Below are positions 1 to 13,309 of a DNA stretch of 64,000 bases, piece after piece. The notes below the pieces were generated by a model. That model had not been told where the DNA came from. It did no database searches and worked only from the letters and a program-made list of their open reading frames with translations. This stretch comes from Amoebidium appalachense. Taxonomy: Eukaryota > Protista > Ichthyosporea. Location: the NCBI GenBank assembly GCA_963693365.1, contig CAVNZM010000014.1, positions 2,728,001 through 2,792,000 on the forward strand, in the 5' to 3' direction. The first letter of the stretch is position 1. Every line of letters begins with the position of its first letter. The position numbers were made by a program, and so were the translations under genes.

Positions 1-69
1 CGATCCCTTTGGTCGTTTATTCCGCCTCTCCGATCCACCTTTGCAACTAGTCTCATTTTCCGTTATAAA

Positions 70-350
70 AATGCACAAAAAAACCACAGTTCTTTTATAT
101 TGTTGAGGCCCGGCCGCTAACACATACCTCACTATCGTCTTTCCTTTTTTCCTTTTTCCGTTACAGCCTATTCACCTTCCTGTGCGTTCCAAACCACACC
201 ATGCCTCAATTTTTTTCCTAAGAAATGCACAAAAAACCACAGTTCTTTTAAATTGTTTAATTCGGCCGCTAACACATACCCACTCTCTTTTTTCCTTTTT
301 CTTCCTCTTACAGCCGATTCACCCACCTGTGCATTCCAAACCACACCATG
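70..350 (+). repeat. Diverged ~147-bp tandem duplication containing a branch point, 3' splice site and exon start
   Basis: aaatgcacaaaaaaccacagttctttt..cggccgctaacacatacc..ttacag|cc.attcacc..cctgtgc.ttccaaaccacaccatg occurs twice, with acceptor AGs ending at 166 and 313. Confidence 0.85.
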
Positions 351-736
351 TACCCAAAAAGGCACATGCTTCAACACTTGGCAAAAAATCAACCCCCACG
401 GAAAATAGCACCGATGACTCTTCGGGTGTGCCTCAGTTGCTGCGTCCGTCGTCACCAGACTCACCCGTCTCCTTGAGTTCTCTTTCTCCAAAGATAAATC
501 GATTGTATGTGCCTTGTCCCCCCCTCCCCCCTCCCCCTCCCTCCCCCCCCCCCCCCCAACCGCCGCCTACCCCCCCCCCCCCCCCCCCAAAAAAAAAGCC
601 CCGTGTCCGTGTGCGCACGCGCGCGCGCGCGCACACGCACACACGTACATACACACACACACACACACCATACCCCACCACCACCACTACCACTTTCCAG
701 CGCCCGTGCACACGCACACACACGAATACACAGACA

Positions 737-827
<91 letters not shown>

Positions 828-1297
828 TTCCTTGCTCATCGACTGTCGACCGGTCTACTGTCGGTTTTGTACATGCGCACAGGTCTTCATCCACGTGAAG
901 CACATCACACCGATGCAAGCAAAACATGAGAAAAGCATGTTGTCTTACAACAAACCCTTGTTGTGAAACCATTTTATTATTCCTACTTGCTCACGAACAG
1001 GACCCCCCCCCCCTCCCCCTTCTCCCCTCTTCCCCCCTTCTCCCTCTCCCCCTCCGCCGCCCCCCTCCCCCCCCCCCCCCCCCCCCCTTTTCGGCCAAAA
1101 ATCAAAAAAAATAATGTAAGGAAATGAAGAAAAATGAGCTGTGTGCCCTGGTTTTATCCATGCCTGCCCGCGTTGTGATCAATGAAGATATTATATGCAG
1201 GGCGAATGGATCTACGGAGTCGATGAAAAGACAGCTAGAGGAATCTAAAGACCATCGTACTACGTCCAAAAGACTGAGGTGGCAATATCCCTCCCTC

Positions 1298-1334
<37 letters not shown>

Positions 1335-1800
1335 ATAACACACAGACACACGCACGCGCACATGTGCACCCTCATACATGCTCACTCACACACTTATATT
1401 CACCTACTCACGCTCACATACACTTCATGCACGGAGGGATGGAGAGTATGAAAAGGGGGAGGATGCAATGGGGAGGGGGGGACGGGGGGGAGGGAGGGGG
1501 GGGGGGGAGGGGGGAGGGGGGAGGGGGGGGTCTCTGAGTAATCACCTGAACGACTAAACAAAAGAACTGTCACAGAAACCCAGATATATATACAGCACAC
1601 GATTTGTATACTGCAATGGTCTACCTATCGGTGTTTGCGCACAAAAAGTGATGCGGTTTTTTTTGTCGGTAGCCCCCCCTCCCCCTCTCCCCCCCCCCCC
1701 CCCCCCCCCCCCCCCCCATTTTTTTTTTCCGGACTCCTCTCTTTCATTCCCAAAGCAAGCACGCGGCTTCACTGACTTTCTTTGCACACAGAGATAGTGT

Positions 1801-1871
<71 letters not shown>

Positions 1872-2242
1872 GGGGGGGGCATTGAAGGGGAGGGTTCGAG
1901 GGGGGGGGGGGGGGAGGGGTGTGAGTAGGTGTGTAAGAGGTGGGACTGGGGGAAGGTGGGGAGGGGACGGGGGGGAGGGGGGGAGGGGGGAAAGTGAGAT
2001 AGTATGTGAGAGGGGGTGTGTGAGACACTGAGATGGCTGAACGGAGAAAGGACGACAACCATGACACTCTATTCACCGATCTCGACGCCGTTTATTTATC
2101 TGCTTTCTTCTCCTTTCCCCCTTTTCTTCTCCTTCCCTCATCCCCTCCCTCATTTTCTTACTGTCGTCCGCTCTCTTTTTCTCCATGCCATTCACACTAG
2201 ACCCACACACATCATACGATTAGACATGCACTCTCCTTCTAT

Positions 2243-2273
<31 letters not shown>

Positions 2274-2341
2274 ACACGTACACGTACACTTACAGATACA
2301 CACGTACGCGTACACACACCCGCGCGCACACACGCGCGCGT

Positions 2342-2417
<76 letters not shown>

Positions 2418-3186
2418 CTACACGTACAAACACTACACAGGCCCTCCGACTCCAGCGGCGGCGGCAAGAAATACACCGTTTACCTTCCTCACCCCAAACA
2501 CGTCTCCCGTCTTCCGTTACCCAAAACGAACAAGAACAAACCAAATGAGAGAAGTGAGAGTGAGCACACGGGCACAAAGGATAATGATTCGTCAGATAAA
2601 TCCACAAGGAACGAAAAGTCGGCCCAAAATTTGGCTCCAAGTCAAAAGATGGCCAAAGGGGCCGAAACAAAAAAGGTGTACCAATCATTGTCTGCTTCTC
2701 CCTTTTTACTCCCCCATTCCCTTCCCTCCCCCCCCCCCCCCCCCCCCTCCCCCCCGCCCCACCTCCTTCTCCCGCTCCCTCTCTCCCTCCCTCCCACCGC
2801 TCCCCACCGCCCCGCTCTCACTAATTGTTTCCACCTATTTCATCCCCCCTCCCTCCCGCACCCCCCCCACCCCGGCCCGCCCCCTTTCCCACACCCTCCC
2901 CGGCTGTTCCACTTCCCTTGCTCCGTCTCGGGAGGCAGACAGTCGTGTCCATATTTTTACGAATCGCTGATTTGTTGTTTTTTTTTTTGCTGCACCCCAC
3001 GGCTGTGTAAGTGTTTGGTGACATGTTGGTGCTAGTGCTTGTGCCTGGTTGTGTGGGTCTGTGGGTGTGCTAGCATGAGGGTTGGGTGGGTCAGGTGGGT
3101 GGGTGAGTGTGGTGTGGGTGTGTGTTCGTGTTTGTGGATGTGTTTGTGCCGGTGTGCGTGCGTGTGTGCGTGTGTGTGTGCGTGTT

Positions 3187-3217
<31 letters not shown>

Positions 3218-3661
3218 ATGCATCAACCCCGTGCTCGGATACGGGCCAGCCGTATGCAAAACCGTGATGAAAGGTAGTGCATTATGAGTTTCCATCCAAG
3301 TAGTTTCCTTTTTATATAACGTGTTTCCGAAGTATTGCATCTTGCCTCGCACATATGAACATGCCTGTGTATTTCATTTTTTATTGCACAAACCTACAAG
3401 TACATTTCTCGTCCGTTCCTTATTGGTATCTCACATCTCACGACGGGTCTCTCTCTTCCTAATTGCCGGTTTTCTATCCCCTAGTTCCCGAGTTTCCCTA
3501 GAATCCTCATTCTCGGGTTTTTCGTGTTTTTTTTTGTTTTTTTTTCTCGCCTTGTAATTCCCGGTTTTCCCTCTTAATAATTTCGGGTTTCTCTCCTCCC
3601 GATTCGCATATTTCCTGCTTACCCCTCAACCTCATGCAGAAGACACTTATACCGTCGCCAA

Positions 3662-3698
<37 letters not shown>

Positions 3699-4604
3699 AA
3701 TCGTAATTCTCGGGTTTTCTCCTTGTAATTCCCGAAATTCTCTCTTCCTGATTTCGGGTTTCTCTCCTCCCAATTCGCATAATCCCTGCTTACCCCTCAC
3801 CCTCATGCAGAAGACACCTGTACCGACACAACCCCCCCCCCCCCCCCCCCCCCCCCCCCTGAATCCTAATTCTTGGTTTTTCTCCTTGTGATTCCCGGGT
3901 TTCACTCTTCCTATTTTCGGGGTTCTCTCCTCCCAATTCGCATAATCCCTGCTTACCCCTCACCCTCATGCAGAAGACACCCGTACCGCAGCCACAACCG
4001 CCACCTGCGCCACAGGCGGCAGCACCCAACAAAGAGAGACGAAGAAAGCGGTGCATCTGTCTCAATTGCAACAAGGGCATTCCTCGGGGTCCACGTGAGT
4101 GTTTTTCCCAAACGCATGAAATAGAATTGGGGGGATGTGCTGCTTATTAACCTTTTCGGGCCGGCACTAATTATTTTGGCCGGCAGCCGGCCAGCTCTAA
4201 ACAACTCTATTGCGGCCCAAAATCGATAGAAAATGCTCGAATAAATTGTAGTGTCGACACGAAAATGTCTTACCTACATATGTTCCTAAGTTAATTTGGG
4301 GAAAATATCATTATTTCGTATCCTTTTGTATCTGTTTCTGTGTTTCTGCAGTGACTATCTAGGGAGATTTGCCGGTGTGAACAGGTTAACGACATATAGG
4401 TGAGCTGTGTTGAGTTGTCGGCACCAAGGCCAACAGTACTTCCACCCAACAACATATACATGTAAATATAGGTGTTACACTGAAATAGAAATTTCAATCG
4501 AACGATCCTAGACTATCGATAATCACCCCTCATTCATCAGGGAGATTGGTTGTTTGTTACCGTGTGTGTTTGGGTAATTGGTTTTATAAGGAAGTTTTTT
4601 TTTT

Positions 4605-4664
<60 letters not shown>

Positions 4665-5056
4665 CGGGTACGGAAAGGGGAAACTATGACGGGCACTGTT
4701 CAATATCTGTGTTGCTCTCTCTTGCTTCTGCACGCAGTCTCTCGCTGCATGCTATCTGTGTTTGTGCGTGTTGTGTGTGTGTGTGTGTGCGTGTGTGCGT
4801 GTGCATCTGTCTGGTGTTTGTATGTGTGCGTGTGCGTGTGCGTGTGTGCGTGCGTGCGTGCGTGTATGCGCACCTGTGCCCGGCCCCGGGGGGGAGGGAG
4901 GGGGGGGGGGGGGGGGGGATGGCTAACTGTCTTTTCCCTTTACAGCCCCCCAGGCGCGTTTCCTTCCCCCTTTGGCACCAAGAGAAGTCATCACTGTGGA
5001 TGACAGTGAAGACGATGAGCCTGCACACCGTCGCCCCAAAAACGTATTTGCCCCTC

Positions 5057-5092
<36 letters not shown>

Positions 5093-5127
5093 ACCCACCA
5101 CCACCACCACCACCACCACCACCACCA

Positions 5128-5220
<93 letters not shown>

Positions 5221-5315
5221 TGGGTTTCCTATCTCGCTCATCCCTCTCTCCTGCTCCCTCATGCTGTTACATTAACTTTTGCAACACCCTCCCTCCCTCC
5301 CCCCCCTCCCCCCCT

Positions 5316-5354
<39 letters not shown>

Positions 5355-5559
5355 AAAAAAAAAAAGAAAAGAAAAAATTCTCTCTCTTTCTCTATCTCTC
5401 TCTCTCTTGCTCTGTCTGTCTGTCTGTCTGTCTCTGTCTCTGTCTCTCTCCCTCTCTCCCTCTCCGAGTCCCTCACACACTCACACACACACACACATAC
5501 ACACACACACACACAACACACACACACACACACACACACATACACATATTCTCTCTCTT

Positions 5560-5633
<74 letters not shown>

Positions 5634-6271
5634 ACCCACCCACCCCCCACCCACCCAGGCTTCTCCCGTACGACCACCATTCCCCTGGCCAAACAAGCGT
5701 CGGAGTGCTTGCCCTTTTTCTCACTTAGTCTTAAACCCGGCATTCCCCCACCACCTACCCACCGCCTTGCCCCACCCTGTGTCCCTCCCCCCCCCCTCCC
5801 CCCCCCCCCTCCCCCCCCCCCCCCCCCCCCCCCCCCCTACACACACACACACAAACCCCCTTTTCCCCCCCACTTTTGAGACACCAACTAATTTGTGCTA
5901 CTTTTCGGGATGGCCCTCATGCGGACTTTTCAAACCAATGAGTTTTTTTTCGAGATGGAACAAGGAATGTTAGTCTATACCCGACGGAGTCGAAACATCG
6001 TTTCCTCCAGCCCCCGTTCGTTCAACTGACCTCAGTATTCCTCTTTTGTGTTTTTAATCTACATTTTTTAACTCATAATTCTCTCTTCGAGCAGGGTAAT
6101 GTGCATTCACCGAGAAAAAAATCGACCCACCAACGACACAACGGGAGGGAAACCCCACAGCGGAAAGTTCTTGTGCCGATTGTTGTGTCGTCCGAAAGCG
6201 AGGGGGAGGAGGGGGTGAACTTGGCTAGCCCGTATGCTTCGAATGAGAAGGAAGTTATCGTTCTTGATTGA
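314..6271 (+). CDS. 3' portion of a spliced gene (5' end outside window): low-complexity, basic/Ser-Pro-rich, probably nuclear protein with a CxCxxC motif and three SUMO-interacting-like motifs
   Basis: Phase-compatible AG/GT-bounded exons at 314-504 ([15 protein letters not shown]), 1201-1278, 2441-2675, 3974-4094 ([13 protein letters not shown]), 4946-5043 ([12 protein letters not shown]), 5659-~5704, ~5955-6034 (uncertain) and terminal exon 6095-6271 (..[20 protein letters not shown]). Junctions between 5659 and 6095 are unresolved. No family recognised. Confidence 0.6.
3500..3990 (+). repeat. Three tandem ~165-170-bp units, each ending in a copy of the acceptor and start of exon 3974
   Basis: tctctcctccc(a/g)attcgcata..cctgcttacccctca.cctcatgcag|aagacac..taccg is repeated with AGs ending at 3639, 3810 and 3973. 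Units are separated by poly-C. Confidence 0.9.
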
Positions 6272-6329
6272 AGCCTTCTAAATCCGGTATGCTAATGTTG
6301 TGATGAAATGTATGTAAATTTCTTTTCGG

Positions 6330-6515
<186 letters not shown>

Positions 6516-6526
6516 TGTGTGTGTTT

Positions 6527-6564
<38 letters not shown>

Positions 6565-7686
6565 ATCATGTAACATTTGCAAGCGGCCTCCCACTTTCGT
6601 GGGGTTGTTGTTGGATTATGTTGACGTGTGATATCGTTTGGGTTTTGACTGATGCGAATTGTAAATCGGGAGGTAAATTGATGATGGTAGCAGGTGGATT
6701 GCTACTACTTGAACATGTGTTGCTTTTTGCCTCTTGGATGCTAACGTCTTGCAGTATGGCAATATTCGCCGCGAATTAGCAATATAAATAGCCTTTGAAT
6801 CAGACTAAACGCCAATATGCGGGCTACTGTAACAACACATGCACTTGAAAGCTGCATAGGTAATCACAGGGAGAAATTACGATGGTAGCTACAACATAGA
6901 AATTCGGTGCATAATGATGTGGGAGTTGATGTTCTTTTGAATAACCTCTGTAAAGACTCTAACAGGTGTTCTTGATGCATGACTGGTGATGTGAAACGAT
7001 AGCCTAATGAAGGAAGCATTGTTTTTGCGGAAGTTAGTTACTGCAGATGATAGCTCCAGCTCGCATATTCAAAATTAAGTTTGTGAGGCTTTTTAATATA
7101 ATGCACATGTACAGCAAGCTGTGTGGTTTTAAGAAAACCAATAGTTGAAATAGCAGGAGTTCTGATTATCGAAATGAAAATATGACACATGAAGGGTGTG
7201 CATGATAGGGGGGTAACAGTGCGGGTCACACATATCAAACCCCATGGCGACACATGATAATAATATTGATTGGTGATGAAACATTGAGCACAAAGCACAT
7301 ACTGTTGAAAATTGAATGGGCAGCGGCAGTGGTAACATTGAGTTTGAAGCTAGGGGGTGTTTACCTAATAAAGGAGTATGCTTCGAGCAAAATGTATGCA
7401 AGCACATGCCGCACGCGTGCACATGTGCGCAGCCACATAACTATCAAACCGAAAACTTGGGTGTCTTGTACCGCAGTTGTATATTTATCAATATGTCACA
7501 TGTTCTCCGCTCTTTATGAACATTACCCTTTCCCTCTGAGAGCCCCGTCTCCCCCCCCCCCCCCCCTCCCCCCCCCCCTCCCTCCCTCCCTCTCCCCCCT
7601 CCCTAGCTACCTATCTATAGCTAGGCCTTTGTGTTACCAACCCCATCCATTTCTCACACAAACCGGGAACAATAATTTATTATACG

Positions 7687-7718
<32 letters not shown>

Positions 7719-8328
7719 ACGCATGGACCCCCTGAATCTTCGCGAATTTTCCAATATTTGAATTAAATTTTTCGAGCCCCCTCCCCCCCCCCCCCCCCCA
7801 ACCCCCCCAACCCTCCCCTCCCCCTCCCCACCCCCCCCCCCCCACCCCCCCACCCTTCTCCTCTCTCCCCACCACCACCACCACCACCACCACCACCACC
7901 ACCACCCACCCGGTCCCCCCTTCTTCCGGATCCTCCGAATGTTCAGCCCGAATTTTAATTTTTCAAATTTTCGAGCCCCCCTCCTCCCCACCTCTTCTCA
8001 CCCCCCTCCTCCCCCCTCGGCCACACCCACACACACATGTACAAACAAACAGAGACACACACTAACCCGGTCCGGCGCAGTGCCACACATATGTACACGT
8101 CCGAAATTACCACACACACACACAATCACATACATACACATGCAAACGCACCCATGCACAGTCACGCGCACATACAATTGGCAGACAAGCACACACACGC
8201 ACGCGCGCGATCGCATAACACATACGTATTAGGGATTCTTGATTATGAAACGGGGAGGGGGGTTGTAGTAACTTGGGGGGGGGGGGGGACCCACCCCCCC
8301 CTTTGGACAGGTGGCCCTCTCCCCCCCC

Positions 8329-8365
<37 letters not shown>

Positions 8366-8857
8366 TAGAGGGGGGAGGGGGGAGGGGGGGGGGCCACCCC
8401 ATAGGCTGACATTATAATCATCGGACTATATATCAAATATTAACCTTATCACATAATAGTATTATAATCAGCAGCGATTAATATTTACATACAATGCCAA
8501 AACGTAAATATTGAGGCTAACCAATAGGATTCCATGCATATGATGACCTGCAACTCAGGCTATAATACCAGTGCCATACGGTCATACTCCCCCCATCCCC
8601 CCCGCCCCCATCTCCCCCTCCACCCCCCCCCCCCCCCCCCCCCCCCTCCCCCTCCCCCCGAGGGCACGAACGGGTGAGAAGGTGTGTGTGTGTGTGTGTG
8701 TGTGTGTGCCACAGTGTGTGTGCGCATGTGCGTGTGTTCATGTGTGTGTACGGGCACGCGCGCACGCGTGTGTGCGTGTATGCTCGCGCGCACGCGCACG
8801 CGTGTGTGTCTGTGTCTGTGCGTGTGTGTGTGTGCGTGTGTGTGTGTGTTTGTGACA

Positions 8858-8888
<31 letters not shown>

Positions 8889-9947
8889 CGTGTGCGTGTG
8901 CGTGTATGTGTACGGCCGCGCGTGCGCGTGCGTGTGTGTGCATGTATGGTTGTGCGCGCGCATGTGTGGTGCGTGTGTGTGTGTGCACGTGAGTGTGTGT
9001 GTGTATGGGGGGAGGGAGGGAGGGGGGGGGAAGGAGGGGGATATGCATGAGTGGCCATAAAGAATACCGTCTTTGGTGGATAAAAACTTCGGGGACTCTT
9101 TACTACCATGATCACGTGCATGCATGCGCAGGGGGGGAAGGGGAGGGGGAGGGGGGGGGACCCACCACCCCACTCGGCCAGGTGGGTCCCTCCCCCCCGG
9201 AGGAGGGGGGGGACCCACACACCCCTGCGGCTACCTTGGGGAGGGGGAGGGGGGCTTCACCCACCCCTGGGATCCGGGAGGGGGTGGGGGGGGGGGGGGG
9301 GGGGGGGGGGGGGGAGGGGGGGGTACGTACCACCAGGGGGGACGTCGATATTTACTACTCCCCCCCCCCCCCCCCCCCCATTTCAAATTCAAAAATCCGT
9401 TACTAACACCCATGCCCACGTGTACAAACACACACACACACACACACACACACCGTGACGCACACGGACGCGCGCACACACACACGTGTACATACGTACA
9501 CACACCCAACGCACGCACGCACGCATCCCAGTAGGCTCGAGCTATGGTACGCACATGTACATAATATATGTGCACACAAACACACACACAGTGTCACGCA
9601 TGATCCAGTTCGATCGGATTGCCCATATAAGGAAACTCCAAAAAACCGTTTTTACGAAAGCGAGCCCCTACGAATATGAAGTGGGGGGGGGAATGTGCTG
9701 TTTATTAACAACATGTAGGTGAGCGGTGATGAGTTGTCGGCACCAAGGTATGAAGTGTCATTCTTCCATTCAATCATACGCGTGATTCCTTCGGATCCAA
9801 GGTTGTGTCTGATAGTGCACATGTGTACGTGGCAGTGACTGTGTCCCAGGCTGTGCAGCGTCGACACGCCACACCCGTGGACATGTACTGCACACACACA
9901 GACACACACGCACACGCACAGTGTCACACACACACACGCACACACAC

Positions 9948-10038
<91 letters not shown>

Positions 10039-10186
10039 TGACACTGGGGGGAGGGGGGGGGGGGGGGGGGGCAACTCCTTGCTTTGCACAGACACAGTTT
10101 GGTATCGACTGTAACTATATTTACATGCTCACTCAGTGACTTCGAAGCACACATATGATGGTGTGTGTACATGTGTGTGCCACTGT

Positions 10187-10221
<35 letters not shown>

Positions 10222-10499
10222 CACACGTGTGCGTGCGTGTGTGTGTGAGTGTTTTTGGTGAGGGGGCACAGAAGCACATACACATTCGCCATAAGCTTAA
10301 GCATGTGTGTTGAGCGTGTCAGTGTTTCGGGTGGGGGGGGGGGGTCGGGGGGGGGGGGGGGAGGCTCCGGGCCAGGATCGAAGGCTGTTCAGACCAAACC
10401 GGCCCAAACTGCGGTTTGAGATGGTCGGAACGATCCGAACCGGACCGTGAGGGGGTATCTAATGCATTGCTTCCCGCCCCAAGCCCCCCCCGGATCCCC

Positions 10500-10610
10500 C
10501 CTCAAGTCACTATTAGTTAATGTCTGGCCTCATGACTTGACTTGACTTAATGGAAGTCAGGTGCTTGGTGACTTCAAGTCGCGACTTGAATTCAAGTCGC
10601 CACATCCCTG
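10500..10610. mobile_element. Probable terminus of a hAT-like non-autonomous DNA transposon
   Basis: Clustered GACTTGA/TCAAGTC subterminal motifs in both orientations, including the palindrome ttcaagtcgcgacttgaa, ending in ...cacatccctg (reverse complement CAGGGATGTG, a hAT-type terminus). The partner end was not found. Confidence 0.45.
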
Positions 10611-10896
10611 AGTGTGGGCCGGCGCTTGCCACAACTAATACTTAGAGGAGTTTCGGTGCCTGGCCTTTAAAGATGCTTTACTACACTACCAACAGAAGAG
10701 AGAAAGAAAGAAGTAGAATTTTTACAGAAATGTACAGAAATAATAACGCCTCCACCCTGTAGACATGCGTGCACACGAGTGCACAAATTTTGCCACAAAA
10801 GTGTTGGGGCTACACATGTACAGTTGGGGCAGATTTGGGGTGACGTAGGGTTACCTTTCTGCGTAACTGACGCAGTTGTCCTCAGCCAACCGCCCT

Positions 10897-11236
10897 ATTG
10901 GCCACTTCGAAGTCCAATCAAAAGCGGCCGCTAATATACGGCATGCATTCCTTTCAGCTCATTTCAGTGATCGCCGCGGCGACCCCGGGTTATCAGTCGA
11001 TCACGGCGCATTCTTATTGGTCCTTGCACATACGCGTCACTCGAGCGTGGCCTCACGTGGACCAATCAGAGAATGCTAAGCCTCCCGGTATGCCAGGCGG
11101 CGGTTGAGTAATTCGGAATTCCCTGTGTCGACGATTTAGAAAAAGCTAAATGTTGTATGTGATTGGTGTCAAGATTATGCTAATCTAATCGTGCCTCAAG
11201 TCAATTAAACCATGATTTTTAAAGGTTATTTATTGG
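10897..11236 (+). promoter_or_regulatory. Putative promoter of the WS/DGAT gene: six CCAAT/ATTGG boxes plus a CACGTG E-box
   Basis: ATTGG at 10897, 11016, 11162 and 11232; CCAAT at 10914 and 11062; CACGTG at 11054. Repeat-free, CpG-containing region 200-540 nt upstream of ATG 11437. Confidence 0.45.
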
Positions 11237-11436
11237 TTATTAAAATATTACTTGAATAATGTCACGTATACATTCTGCCAAGACCAGCAATCTTGCGGTT
11301 ATAAAATGAACCACCGAAAGCAATCGAATGCTCAGTCGACAGTCGTTTGAGATCAGTCTGTCCATTTAGCTAAAAATTAGTCAAGCTTCACAACTGGTGT
11401 TTAGTTTTTTTTTCGGCCCTACAAACTCGCCTAAAA

Positions 11437-13309
11437 ATGGTGAACGCAACTGCTTCTACCGGTGCGGATAAGGTCGCCATGGGGCCTATCGACAAGGCCT
11501 TTTGGTTCTTTGAGCGGGAAGAGCACCCCATGACCATCGGAAACATCTGGGAGGTCGACCGGGAGCTCACGCTCGAGGAGACAATCAAGCAGCTGCAGCC
11601 CATGATCACTGCTGAGCCTTACAGGTAAGGGTGGTGGTGGTCGTAAATATGTGTTTTGTGAAAGTTATAGTATTGGTAGCTTTAATATTGTCACACGCAA
11701 GCACGGTGAGACACGGCCAAGCATTTCCCCCAGCGTTTCTCCCGTCCTCCCGAGGCTCCATCCCCCCCCCCCCCCCCCCCCCCCCCTCCACAAACACACA
11801 CAGAGACAAACAGACATACGTTGTACACAGACACGCACATACTATAAACTCGCACACACGCTCACACACACACACACACACACACACCGGCATCCCCCGC
11901 ATAGACCCGCAGTCTCTCCCGCAGTCGCATATGCAAGGTTCTAACTTTTCACATACACACCAACACATCTACGTGGGTGAAAGCACTCTGTTTTCGTCTA
12001 GCCTACCTTTGCGTCTCTCCTTGTGGCTGACTTTTTTTCTTCTTTCAGGCGCTATCGCCAGCTTGGAGTCGACGACCGCACTTGGGGTCAAGTCTACTGG
12101 GTGGACGATGCAAATTTCAACATTCACAACCACATCAAAGAGCACCACCTCCCTGCCCCGGGATCCAAGGCACAAGCACGTGAACTCATCTCGGAGCTAT
12201 TTTCTGGGCCGCTCGACCGCTCTAAGCCCCTGTGGGCATGCGATCTCATCAACGGTCTGGAAGATGGTGGATCTATGATCATCTTCCGCCTTCACCATGC
12301 CCTCACGGATGGGCAGGGTAGCATTCGTGCTCTCCTTTCGGTGTTGCACAGTGCCGAAGACCGTGAGAGCCTCCAGTATAACGCCGCAAAGGGAAAGCAA
12401 ACAACGGGGCAGGAGGAGGGAAAGAAGCACAAGAAGAGAGATGGCAAACATCCGGCAATGGAGATGCTCCAGAAGTTTTTGGCCATACCACTCGCCTTTT
12501 TCGTCTTCATCTACCAGCTCGTGGTTTTGGCGATCCTCAACCTTTCGTGGTTCCGCCCCAAGACGTCCTTCTACCGCGCACCGGAAAAGATGAACGCCAA
12601 GAAGAGCCTCGGGTGGAGCAAGGGCATTGAGCTCGAAAAGATCAAGTTTGTTAAGAACATGTTCAAGGCGACAGTAAACGATGTCATCGTTGGTTGTGTT
12701 GCTGGCTCTCTTCGGTCGCATCTGGTCGAGAATAATCTTCCCGTTCAGGAGCTCATGTGCGGCATCCCCGTTTCCATGCGCCACCCGGACGACTGGGAGA
12801 TGAAGAACGAGAGCACTATGATCTACACCTTCCTCCCCGCCCTTGAGTCAGATCCCATCAAGCGCATCCGCGCCGTCAACGAGCGCATGAATCTTCTCAA
12901 GTCGTCCCCTGCTCCCTTCATCAACCACTACGTTATGAAGGCGCTCTATAGCATTCCATTTATGGGAGATGTCGTTACCGCCTTTAACCGTGTCCCCCTT
13001 AATTGGATCGCCTCTAGGTGCCCGTGCGTGCTCACCAACGTTCCGGGTCCCCAAGTTCCCCTCACTTTTGCCGGTGAGACAATCAAGACCTATGTTCCTT
13101 TCATCCCCCAGCACGGCGCCGGAGCCCTTGGAATGGGTGTTGTCTCCTACGCTGGTAATGTTGCGTTTGGCATTGTGACGGAGGATGAGTATTTGAACGG
13201 CGGTGCGCAGGATATTGCAGATAGGTTTGAGCAGGCGTTCAGTGAGGTGTATATGCTTGCACTGAAGAAGGTGGCGCAGGAGAAGCTTGATAAGCTCAAG
13301 GATGAGTAG
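11437..13309 (+). CDS. Wax ester synthase / acyl-CoA:diacylglycerol acyltransferase (WS/DGAT, AtfA/WSD1 family), 482 aa, 2 exons
   Basis: Exons 11437-11624 and 12049-13309 are joined by a phase-2 GTAAGG..ggctgac..TTTCAG intron. Catalytic HHALTDG (HHxxxDG) motif; family motifs PLDRSKPLW, ATVNDV, IPVSMR, TNVPGP and SYAG; N-terminal DxxF..E...PMxIG. Confidence 0.95.

Noticed and set aside
10845-10890. Minus-strand CTGAGGA..hairpin..GAAA resembling a hammerhead
   Set aside because: Four extra nucleotides precede stem II and there is no stem I or III pairing.
12197-12784. 195-aa antisense ORF within WS/DGAT
   Set aside because: Expected shadow of biased codon usage on the coding strand; no motif.
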